A stretch of DNA of 39,073 bases from Gemmatimonadota bacterium (GTDB taxonomy: Bacteria > Gemmatimonadota > Gemmatimonadetes > Longimicrobiales > RSA9), in the NCBI GenBank assembly GCA_040905425.1, contig JBBDRO010000039.1, positions 3,425 through 42,497 on the forward strand. The letters run 5' to 3'. The stretch's first letter is position 1; every line of letters begins with the position of its first letter. The notes under the pieces were generated by a model. That model did not search any database. It had not been told where the DNA came from and saw only the letters and a program-made list of their open reading frames with translations. Of the stretch, positions 20,646-31,233 are shown in pieces. The position numbers were made by a program, and so were the translations under genes.

Positions 20646-21341
20646 TCAGCCGAGCAGCACGGCCAGCGCGGCCGCGGTGTCGGCAAAGTCCTCGAGCACC
20701 GCGTCCGCGCCGCACGCGCGCAGGCTCCCGGCATCGTGTCGACCGGTGGCCACCGCCACAGCGCGCACGCCAATGCCGCGCCCGCACGCCACGTCGTGCG
20801 GCGTGTCCCCGATGACCACCACATCGGCGCCATGGAAGCGCACGCCGCAGTGCGCGTGCGCCCGCTCGACCGCCACGGGCGGCAGCGCGTCACGGCGCTC
20901 CGCATCGGAGCCGAACGCGCCGAACGCAAAGATACCGTCCAGCCCGGCCGAGCGTAGCTTGAGGTCGGCACCCGGCGCGATATTGCCCGTGAGCAGTCCG
21001 AGCAGCAGTTCCTCCTTCTGCTCCTGCAGGCGGGCGATCAGCTCCCGTACGCCGGGGTAGACGTGCGTCTCGTGGCCCGGCACCTGCAGTTCGGCCCTCA
21101 ACTCCCGGAGGTAGGCCGCCCACAGGTCCGGCATGCGCGCAGTGATGATGGCGTCCTCGAAGCCCGACGCGCGCAGGAGTTCGCGCGCGATCTGGGGGTC
21201 GGTCTTGCCGTCGAAGCTGTACGTGCCGATGGGCCCCGCGGTCTCGTAGACTTCCTCCATGGCCCGGTGAAAAGCGCGCCGGGGCGCACCCCGGGCGGAG
21301 AGGAGCGTGCCATCGATGTCGAAGAGGATCAACTTCCGCAT
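20646..21341 (-). CDS. HAD-superfamily hydrolase (phosphoglycolate phosphatase-like)
   Basis: LILFDIDGTLL, GKTD, LLTGN, FGAFGSD, IGDTPHDV; ATG 21341 with AGGA. Confidence 0.92.
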   Translation of the reverse strand: MRKLILFDIDGTLLSARGAPRRAFHRAMEEVYETAGPIGTYSFDGKTDPQIARELLRASGFEDAIITARMPDLWAAYLRELRAELQVPGHETHVYPGVRELIARLQEQKEELLLGLLTGNIAPGADLKLRSAGLDGIFAFGAFGSDAERRDALPPVAVERAHAHCGVRFHGADVVVIGDTPHDVACGRGIGVRAVAVATGRHDAGSLRACGADAVLEDFADTAAALAVLLG

Positions 21342-21350
21342 GATTTCCTG

Positions 21351-22358
21351 ATGCGCTGGTTCGGCGCCGTACCCCTGGCACTCGTGGGCGCCCTGTGGGC
21401 GTGGTGGTTGTTCCTGCCCTGGCCGGTCCACCTGCGCTGGCTGGAGCCCGGCCGGAGCGCCTTCATGGAGCAGCGTCTGGACGCCGCCGAGGATCAGGGC
21501 CAGCCGCTCGAGCTGCGCCACCGCTACGTACCCCTGGATGCCGTCTCGCGGCACCTGCAACGGGCCGTCGTGGCGGCCGAGGACGGCAACTTCCGCGCGC
21601 ACGACGGCATCGACTGGGCCGCCCTGCGCCAGGAATTCCGCTGGCAGGGGGACGCCGATTTCTCCTGGCTGGACGGCGGTGACCGCCGCGCGCTGCTGGA
21701 GGCCGTCCGCTATTACCGCGCCCATCGCGACGAGATCCGCGGCCGCAGCACCATCACCCAGCAGCTGGCCAAGAACCTTTATTTCAGCGGCACCCGCTCC
21801 CCCCTCCGCAAGGTGGAGGAGGCCATCGTAGCCAGGCGGCTGGAACGCTTCCTCTCCAAGGATCGTATCCTGGAGCTCTATCTCAACCTGGCCGAATGGG
21901 GCCCGGGCATCTTCGGCGCCGAGGCCGCCGCGCGCCAGTACTTCGACCGGTCCGCGGCCGACCTCAGCCGGGCGCAGGCCGCGGCACTGGCCGCCACCCT
22001 GCCCCATCCGCTCACCTCCAATCCCGACCGGAATCCGGGCCGCATGGCCTGGCGCCGGGAGCTGATCCTGGCGCGCATGGGCGGCACCGGACCCGTCCAG
22101 ACCGTGCCACTGGGGCCGGACGTCCCGGACCCGGACGAGCTCCGCGTGGACGTGGCGCCGGCGGGCACGCCCGTGCTGCCGGACAGCGGCGCCCCGCCCG
22201 ACACGCTGCCGCCCCCGGACACCACGGCGCCACCGCCGCCCGACACCACGGCCCCGCCGGACACCACCGCGCCGCCGCACACCACCGCCACCACCACCCT
22301 ACACCACCACGCGGTCACGCGGACGCCCGGGCGCACCGCGCTCAACGCCCCACGGTAA
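21351..22358 (+). CDS. mtgA: Monofunctional peptidoglycan transglycosylase (GT51) with Pro/Thr-rich tail
   Basis: N-terminal TM, EDGNFRAHDG, STITQQLAKNLY, RKVEE, KDRILELYLN, GAEAAARQYF. Confidence 0.9.
   Translation: MRWFGAVPLALVGALWAWWLFLPWPVHLRWLEPGRSAFMEQRLDAAEDQGQPLELRHRYVPLDAVSRHLQRAVVAAEDGNFRAHDGIDWAALRQEFRWQGDADFSWLDGGDRRALLEAVRYYRAHRDEIRGRSTITQQLAKNLYFSGTRSPLRKVEEAIVARRLERFLSKDRILELYLNLAEWGPGIFGAEAAARQYFDRSAADLSRAQAAALAATLPHPLTSNPDRNPGRMAWRRELILARMGGTGPVQTVPLGPDVPDPDELRVDVAPAGTPVLPDSGAPPDTLPPPDTTAPPPPDTTAPPDTTAPPHTTATTTLHHHAVTRTPGRTALNAPR
22191..22289 (+). repeat. Degenerate coding repeat encoding PP(D/H)TTA units
   Basis: Repeated CCGxACACCACxGC units translate to PPDTLPPPDTTAPPPPDTTAPPDTTAPPHTTA. 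Confidence 0.85.
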
Positions 22359-23274
22359 CCGCCCGCTCGAGCGCCTCCTCCAGCACGGCGGCGCCCGCCG
22401 CGCCCAGGGCCAGCTGCGTCCCCGGAGCCACCGCCGCGGCCACGGCCGCCGTGCTGAGCGCGCACACCACGTCGCCGTCGAAGAGCGTGTTCACCGGGCT
22501 GATGCGCCGCCCCAGCGCGGCCCCCGCGGCCCGCGCCAGCACCAGCAGCGCGGCGCCATCCAGCGGCGCGTCCGTGGCCACCACCGCCAGTGTGGTGTTG
22601 GTGCCCGGCGGCGCCAGCGGCCCACCCGCACCCGCGCGCCCCTCCCGCAGCAGCCGGGCGCTGTCCGCGCAGGCACCGTCGGGGGTGCGGGCGCCGGCCA
22701 GAATGCTGCCGTCCGCGGCGAGCACGTCCCCCAGCGCGTTGACCACCACGAGCGCCACCATCCGCCAGGCACCGCACGCGGCGCTCGCGCAGCCGAAGCC
22801 GCCCGGCTCGGCGGCCGCGGGCCCCAGGACCTTGCCCACCGTGGCCCCCGTGCCCGCGCCGACCGCGCCCTCGGCGGGTGCGTCCGCACGGGCCGCCGCA
22901 CACGCCGCGCGACCCATGGCGGCGTCCGGGCGAACGTCGGCGCGCCCCACGCCCAGATCGTAGATGACCGCCGCCGGCACGATCGGCACGCGCGCCGCGC
23001 CGGTCTCGAAGCCGCGGGCGCGCGCCTCCAGCCACGCCATCACCCCATCCGCCGCGGCCAGCCCGAAGGCGGAGCCGCCGGTCAGCAGGAGCGCGTCCAC
23101 GGCGGGCACCACGTGGGGCGCCCGCAGGGTGTCCAGCTCTCGCGACCCGGTGGCGGCGCCGCGCACGTCGCACGCGCCGCGGAAGGGCCCCAGCAGGACC
23201 GTGCACCCGGTGCGGGCGGCCGCGTCCTGTGCGTGGCCCACGGTCAGTCCGGTGAGAAAGGGAGTGGCGCTCAT
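22342..23274 (-). CDS. P1/S58 family peptidase (DmpA-like)
   Basis: VGHA....TGCTV, LTGGSAFGL, VPIVPAAVIYDL, GAGTGA, NTT, DGDV. Confidence 0.9.
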   Translation of the reverse strand: MSATPFLTGLTVGHAQDAAARTGCTVLLGPFRGACDVRGAATGSRELDTLRAPHVVPAVDALLLTGGSAFGLAAADGVMAWLEARARGFETGAARVPIVPAAVIYDLGVGRADVRPDAAMGRAACAAARADAPAEGAVGAGTGATVGKVLGPAAAEPGGFGCASAACGAWRMVALVVVNALGDVLAADGSILAGARTPDGACADSARLLREGRAGAGGPLAPPGTNTTLAVVATDAPLDGAALLVLARAAGAALGRRISPVNTLFDGDVVCALSTAAVAAAVAPGTQLALGAAGAAVLEEALERAVTVGR

Positions 23275-23302
23275 GGCCCCTGACGGGTGAAGGGGACGCG
23301 GC

Positions 23303-24070
23303 TTAAGACGTGCTCAGGACGTGACCGGAGGCGTAGCCGGCCACCGCCCTGCGGAAGCCGTTGAAGAGGTTCCGGTCCGGATCCAGCACATCCTCCGCAC
23401 GCGCCTCGTGGCGCTCGGGGTGCCACTGCACGCCCACCACCCAGTCGTGCTCGGTGGACTCCACGCCCTCGATGATGCCGTCCTCGGCGCGCGCCACCAC
23501 GCGCAACCCCGGCGCCAGGTCCTTGATGGCCTGGTGGTGGAAGGAGTTGATGGTCAGGTCCTCACAATCCACCAGCTTGCACAACCGGGACGCGGGTTCC
23601 ACGTGCACCACGTGGGTGCGTGTCTCCCAGGGCTGGGACTGCGAGTGGTCCAGCGGCGTCTCGTACTGGTCGTGCAGGTCCTGGTAGAGCGTGCCGCCCA
23701 GGTAGACGTTGAGTATCTGGATACCGCGGCAGATGGCCAGCACGGGCAGCTCCAGCTCGAACGCTGTCTGGATGGCCCGGCACTCCATCTCGTCCCGCTC
23801 GGGCAGGACCTCCTCCAGGTTGGGGTGCGGCTTCTCGCCGTAGCGCGAGGGCGCCACGTCCTCGCCGCCGCTCAGCACCAGGCCGCTGCAGCGGGCCAGC
23901 AGCGCGTCCACGGACTCCGGGGAGTGGCTGGGGGTGAGCAGCACGCCGGCCAGCCCCATGCGCTCCAGCGCGATCAGGTAGTTGGTGTAGAGGAAGACGG
24001 AGGGCCGTTTGCTGCGTCCCGCCTCCAGATCCAGACTGCTCGTGACGGCCACGAGAGACCGATCGTTCAT
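23303..24070 (-). CDS. Class I glutamine amidotransferase, peptidase C26 (PuuD-like)
   Basis: LSGGEDV, AICRGIQ (nucleophile Cys), NSFHHQA, QWHPE; start ATG 24070. Confidence 0.92.
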   Translation of the reverse strand: MNDRSLVAVTSSLDLEAGRSKRPSVFLYTNYLIALERMGLAGVLLTPSHSPESVDALLARCSGLVLSGGEDVAPSRYGEKPHPNLEEVLPERDEMECRAIQTAFELELPVLAICRGIQILNVYLGGTLYQDLHDQYETPLDHSQSQPWETRTHVVHVEPASRLCKLVDCEDLTINSFHHQAIKDLAPGLRVVARAEDGIIEGVESTEHDWVVGVQWHPERHEARAEDVLDPDRNLFNGFRRAVAGYASGHVLSTS

Positions 24071-24116
24071 GGGAGCTCCCAGGTAGACTACGGCAATGGA
24101 TTCCCGTGCTCGCCCC

Positions 24117-25101
24117 TCAAGCTGCGGAAACCGTGCCGCCGAGCAGCTCCAGGGCACGCCGGGGGTCCATATTGCCGCCGGAGAGGACCGCCGCCGTGCG
24201 CCGGCCCTCCGGCTGCCAGGCGCCCGACAGCAGCGCCGCCGTGGTGGCCGCGCCGGAGAATTCCACCACCAGCTTGGAGCGGCGGATGAGCTCCCCTGCC
24301 GCCTCGGCAATGGCCTCCTCCGTGACGCGCACCACGCCGTCCAGGTAGGCGCGCGCATGGGCAAACGTGAGGTCGCCGGGCCGGACCGGCATGAGGCCGT
24401 CCGCGATGCTGCCGCGCGGCTCGATGGTGACCGGCTCCCCCGCCTCCAGCGAGCGCGCCATGGCATCCGCATGCGCGGGCTCCACGCCCACCACCATGCA
24501 CTCCGGATGGCGGCTCTTGACCCACAGCGCGATGCCGGCCGCCAGGCCGCCGCCGCCGATGGGCACCAGGATGGCCTCCACGTCCGCCCAGTCATCCAGG
24601 ATCTCGAGGCCCACCGTGCCCTGGCCGGCAATGATGTCCGGATGGTCGAAGGCGGGTACGATCACGTAGCCGTGTTCGGCGGCCAGCGCCTCCGCGCGCG
24701 CCTGCCGCTCCACGGAGGTGGTCCCCTCCTGTACGATGTCGGCGCCCAGCGCGGCGGCTCCAGCACGCTTCACTTCGGGCGCGGTGGTAGGCATGACCAC
24801 GGTGCAGTGGACCTTGAACATGCGCGCCGCGAGCGCCACGCCCTGGGCATGGTTGCCCGACGAGTACGCAATCACGCCGCGCGCGCGCTCCTGGTCCGTG
24901 AGGCGGGCCAGCATGGTGTAGGCCCCCCGGATCTTGAAGGCGCCCGCGCGCTGGAGGTTCTCACACTTGAGGCGCGTCTCCGCGCCGATCCGCTCGCTCA
25001 GCCAGTGCGCCGGCAGGAGCGGCGTCTCCATCGTTACGCCGCGCAGTCCCGAGGCCGCCGCCTCCACCGCGTGCGCCGAAACCAGCGGCAGCGGCGCCGC
25101 C

Positions 25102-25109
<8 letters not shown>
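24117..25109 (-). CDS. PLP-dependent threonine/serine dehydratase (no ACT domain)
   Basis: [47 protein letters not shown] 25109 overlaps gyrA end. Confidence 0.92.
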
Positions 25110-27681
<2,572 letters not shown>

Positions 27682-27902
27682 CGGGGCGTCCTATCCGTGC
27701 TGGGGGGTAAGCGACGTCTGCTCGCCAGCGTGCCAACCGTTTCTTCTACCCCGCGGCACGCATCAGGTGCCTGCGCGCGCTCGCGCGCGCGCGCATGTGA
27801 AAGAACGCCGTCGGGGCGTTCTGGCGCTACGCTGCGGGGAAGGACGAAACGAAGGACCAATGTACGCTGGGGCACGCTCCGGCGACACCCCGCGCGCCCA
27901 CT

Positions 27903-28949
27903 TCAGGCGGCCGCCACGAAATCCCGCCCCTCCACCAGGCCCAGCCGCGCCGCCTCGGCGCGCACCGCCGCCCGCCCCGCCGGGGAGCCCACCGCGCCCA
28001 GGACCAGCGCCTCCGGCACGCGCGCCAGCAGGCGGGGCAGGTCCGCCATGGCCACCACCGGCGCGCCGTGGATCTCCTGGCCGATCTTGCGGGGATCCAG
28101 CTCCACGAAGCCAGCCACGTCCGCGCCGGCCTCCTGCAGCGCCAGCGCCAGGCGCTTGCCCACCGGCCCCGCGCCCCACACCACGGCCGGCCGCGCCCCC
28201 ACGAGCAGCGTGCGGCGCAGCCAGTGCACCTTGCAGCGGCGGAAGGCGTCCAGGGAGTAGCGGGGATCCGTGCGGGACAGGCGTCCGGGCCTCTCCCGCC
28301 AGTCGTGGAGCACGGCGGGGACATTCGCAAGGGCGTGGCCGGCCGCCCACAGCCGCAGCACCAGGTCATAGTCCTCCGGCCAGCCGGGGTCACGGTAGCC
28401 GCCCACCGCCGCGAACGCGGCGCGCCGCACCATGAGGGTGGGATGCGCGATCGGGCACTCCACGAAGACGTCGCGCGCCAGCTCGGTGGGCTCGTGCAGG
28501 GCGTTCAGCCAGTGGGCGTACCGACGGGCGCCGCCGCGCACGTGCTCGGCGGGGAAGTAGCGCACGCCCGTGCCGCAGGCGGCCACCGCGGGCCGATCGT
28601 CGAGCAGCGCCAGCTGGCGTTCCAGGCGTGTGGGGGCGGCCACGTCATCGGCGTCCATGCGCGCCAGGAGCTCCCCGCGGGCCGTGGCGGCCGCCGCGCG
28701 CAGCGCCGGCACGAGCCCCGCGCCGCCGGTCTCGAGCACGCGCACGCGGCCGTCGCTGTCCGCCCAGGCGCCGAGCAGGGCGCCGGAGCCGTCCGTGGAG
28801 CCGTCGTCCACCGCCACGATCTCGAAGTCGGCGTGCGTCTGCGCCACGAGCGAGGCCAGAGCCGCGTCCAGGGTCGCGGCCGCATCACGCACGGGCAGGA
28901 GGATGGAGACGCGGGGCACGGGCGGCGCGCCGGCGCGCCGGACGGGCAT
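27903..28949 (-). CDS. Family 2 glycosyltransferase with C-terminal Rossmann-like domain (QTGAL/B3GNTL1-like)
   Basis: VSILLPV, VDDGSTD, MDADD, PEDYDL; C-terminal WGAGPVGKRL; start may be GTG 28919. Confidence 0.92.
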   Translation of the reverse strand: MPVRRAGAPPVPRVSILLPVRDAAATLDAALASLVAQTHADFEIVAVDDGSTDGSGALLGAWADSDGRVRVLETGGAGLVPALRAAAATARGELLARMDADDVAAPTRLERQLALLDDRPAVAACGTGVRYFPAEHVRGGARRYAHWLNALHEPTELARDVFVECPIAHPTLMVRRAAFAAVGGYRDPGWPEDYDLVLRLWAAGHALANVPAVLHDWRERPGRLSRTDPRYSLDAFRRCKVHWLRRTLLVGARPAVVWGAGPVGKRLALALQEAGADVAGFVELDPRKIGQEIHGAPVVAMADLPRLLARVPEALVLGAVGSPAGRAAVRAEAARLGLVEGRDFVAAA

Positions 28950-28955
28950 CGTCGC

Positions 28956-29441
28956 TTAATCCTGGTTCCGGATCTCCTTGAGCTCCACGCTCATGCCCTG
29001 CGCGGGCACGGTCTGCTTGAGCAGGATGTGGGGTGCCTCCTGGCGCAGCAGCACCTCGATCTGCTGGCCGCCCGCCTCCATGCTGCCGGTGATCCGGCCA
29101 TCGGCGGCGCGCAGCCGCTGCGTGAGCCCCATGCCGCCCTGGGACATCTCCAGATTGAAGTGGATGGGCCGGAAGTCCGCCACGCTCACCGCCAGGTCGG
29201 AGGTGGAGGAGATCATGCCGCTCTCGCCGGCGCTGCGCACCACCACCGCATCCACGCCGTCCACCTCCTCGCGGACGATCTCCCGCGTGGAGTCCATGAT
29301 GTGATTGCCCATGGCGGACATGCTGTAGACCAGGGAGCGGGGCGCCAGGCTGGCTACGTCGACCGGCGCCTGCTGGGCGGACACGGGCGCGGCCAGAACG
29401 GCCAGCGCCAGCGCAACGTGCAGGGGGGTGCAGCGGGGCAT
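28956..29441 (-). CDS. Hypothetical secreted beta-rich protein (161 aa)
   Basis: ATG 29441 with AGGAG; signal peptide ending VSA-QQ. Confidence 0.75.
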   Translation of the reverse strand: MPRCTPLHVALALAVLAAPVSAQQAPVDVASLAPRSLVYSMSAMGNHIMDSTREIVREEVDGVDAVVVRSAGESGMISSTSDLAVSVADFRPIHFNLEMSQGGMGLTQRLRAADGRITGSMEAGGQQIEVLLRQEAPHILLKQTVPAQGMSVELKEIRNQD

Positions 29442-29509
29442 GGGCGGCTCCTGTTCGGGGATGATCAGCAGCACCAACGATAACCGTGCGGAGCCCCGCG
29501 CCACAACGC

Positions 29510-29959
29510 TCAGCGGCGGGCCACGAACTCGCCGCGCTCGTCGATGCCGTGCCCGGTACGGAAGCGCCAGGTGCCGCGAATGACGCGGCGGTCCACCCGC
29601 CCCTCGTGCTGCAGGAGGAAGGAGACGTAGCGGGAGCCGGTCCAGAGCTGGCCCTCGAAGTCGAAGGTGAGGCGGTCGTAGCCGTTGGTGTCCACCCGCG
29701 CCGGGTACTCGGTCTCGATCTCCACCACCGTGTAGGCGCCCTCGCGGTAGTTCCAGTCCAGGTAGGCGTCCAGATCCCCACGCCGGCGTTCGTCCAGGCG
29801 CAGGAAGCCCGCCACGGAGTGGTGCGGCTCGCCGTAGACGGCGCCGTCGAGCGCGTAGTTGCCCTCCACGTTGCGGCCGTCCAGGCCCAGCCCGAAGTCC
29901 CCGCACGCGGTCAGGGCCAGCGCAAACGGCAGGATCATGCCCAGGTGTCTCGGTCTCAT
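29510..29959 (-). CDS. Hypothetical lipoprotein
   Basis: GAGG upstream, LTAC lipobox, beta-strand pattern. Confidence 0.78.
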   Translation of the reverse strand: MRPRHLGMILPFALALTACGDFGLGLDGRNVEGNYALDGAVYGEPHHSVAGFLRLDERRRGDLDAYLDWNYREGAYTVVEIETEYPARVDTNGYDRLTFDFEGQLWTGSRYVSFLLQHEGRVDRRVIRGTWRFRTGHGIDERGEFVARR

Positions 29960-30087
29960 GGCTGCCTCGGGTGTTGCGTGCCACCGCGGCCAGCTGCGGT
30001 GGCTCCCCTTTCTCTACTCCGCCGGAGGCCCTGAAGTTCGCGCCGGTGCCATTGCGGCGGCGTCGGTCCGGACCCAGGATGGGGCCC

Positions 30088-30810
30088 ATGACCGAATTCC
30101 TCCTCACGCTGGCGGCGGTCCTGGGCGGCGCCGTGGCGTCCGTGGCCGGCTTCGGCATCGGCTCCATTCTGACCCCGGCGCTGGCCCCCAGCGTGGGGAC
30201 CAAGCTGGCGGTGGCCGCCGTGTCCGTGCCTCACCTGGTGGGCACGGCGCTCCGGCTCTGGCGCCTGCGGCGCCACGTGGACAGGGCGGTGCTGAAGGGC
30301 TTCGGACTGGCCAGCGCGGCGGGCGGGCTGGCGGGCGCGTTCGTGTTCAGCGTTGCGGGGAGCGCCATGCTGGCGGTGGTCTTCGGCCTGCTGCTGCTGC
30401 TGGCCGGCATCTCCGAGTGGAGCGGGCTCAACCGGCGCGTGCGCCTGGGCGCCACGGGCGCCTGGCTGGCGGGCGCGGCGTCGGGGGTCTTCGGCGGCAT
30501 GGTGGGCAACCAGGGCGGCATCCGTACGGCCGCTCTGCTGACTTTTTCCCTGGAGCGTCATGCCTTCGTGGCCACCGCCACGGCCACCGCCCTGCTCGTG
30601 GATCTGGGGCGCATGCCGGTCTACTTTGCCACCGAGCACGTGGCCCTGCTGGACATGGCGGGCACCATCGCGCTGCTCACGGCCGGGGTGGTGGTGGGCA
30701 CGCTGGCGGGCGAGCGGGTGCTCCGGCGCCTGCCGGAGCCGCTCTTCCGGCGCGCGGTGGCGGGGCTGCTCGTGGTGCTCGGGCTGGTGATGCTGGGGCG
30801 GGGGATCTGA
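30088..30810 (+). CDS. TauE/SafE (TSUP) family membrane transporter
   Basis: About eight hydrophobic segments, AGFGIGSILTP, SGVFGGMVGNQGG, AFVAT. Confidence 0.88.
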   Translation: MTEFLLTLAAVLGGAVASVAGFGIGSILTPALAPSVGTKLAVAAVSVPHLVGTALRLWRLRRHVDRAVLKGFGLASAAGGLAGAFVFSVAGSAMLAVVFGLLLLLAGISEWSGLNRRVRLGATGAWLAGAASGVFGGMVGNQGGIRTAALLTFSLERHAFVATATATALLVDLGRMPVYFATEHVALLDMAGTIALLTAGVVVGTLAGERVLRRLPEPLFRRAVAGLLVVLGLVMLGRGI

Positions 30811-30957
30811 GGCAGGCGCGCGGGCTGCAGGGCTTAGCCTCCGCTGGGGTCTGCCGGCTCCACCGCCACCTCAGCACTCGGCCGCTCGGCGGGTTCTGGC
30901 CTCAGCCAGGCACCCCCTGCTCAGAACGCTCGGAGAATCTCCGAGGAAACCGCGTGG

Positions 30958-30986
30958 TTGAGCCATAATACTGTATACTGTATTAT
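30958..30986 (+). promoter_or_regulatory. Strong sigma70-type promoter with overlapping inverted repeat; no convincing downstream CDS
   Basis: TTGAGC (30958-30963), 17 nt, TATTAT (30981-30986); ATAATAC-N8-GTATTAT at 30965-30986; AT-rich patch in a GC-rich window. Confidence 0.6.
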
Positions 30987-30992
30987 AGCGGG

Positions 30993-31229
30993 CATTTTTG
31001 TGCTTCGAGTGAGGAGGCGCCTTCTCGAAACGGCTGCGGGACAACATATTGGACCGATCCGGCCGTTGTAAACATATGCATTACAAGCATGGGGCGGAGA
31101 CCCGTTTCCAGGGCGTTTCGACAGGTCGATCCGCACCGCTCCCACCGGGCTTGTCCCGCCCGCCCCGCCGGGCATCACCTCCTGCTCATGCGGACCCTGA
31201 CGAGCGCGCTGATCGCAGGCGCGCTCGTC
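30993..31229 (+). ncRNA. Candidate structured non-coding RNA, family unknown
   Basis: Lies between the promoter and a terminal hairpin; several complementary segments seen by eye. Confidence 0.35.
31199..31229. terminator. GC-rich hairpin just after uvrA stop
   Basis: GACGAGCGCG-CTG-ATCG-CAG-G-CGCGCTCGTC; no U-tract on either side. Confidence 0.5.
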
Positions 31230-31233
31230 TCGA

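Noticed and set aside
30969..30988. TACTGTATA as a gammaproteobacterial LexA box
   Set aside because: Only a half site (no ACAG at the right distance) and it is downstream of uvrA
30921..31178. 85-aa minus-strand ORF beside AGGAGGTG
   Set aside because: SD overlaps or abuts the start codon, atypical codon use, no motif; not fully excluded
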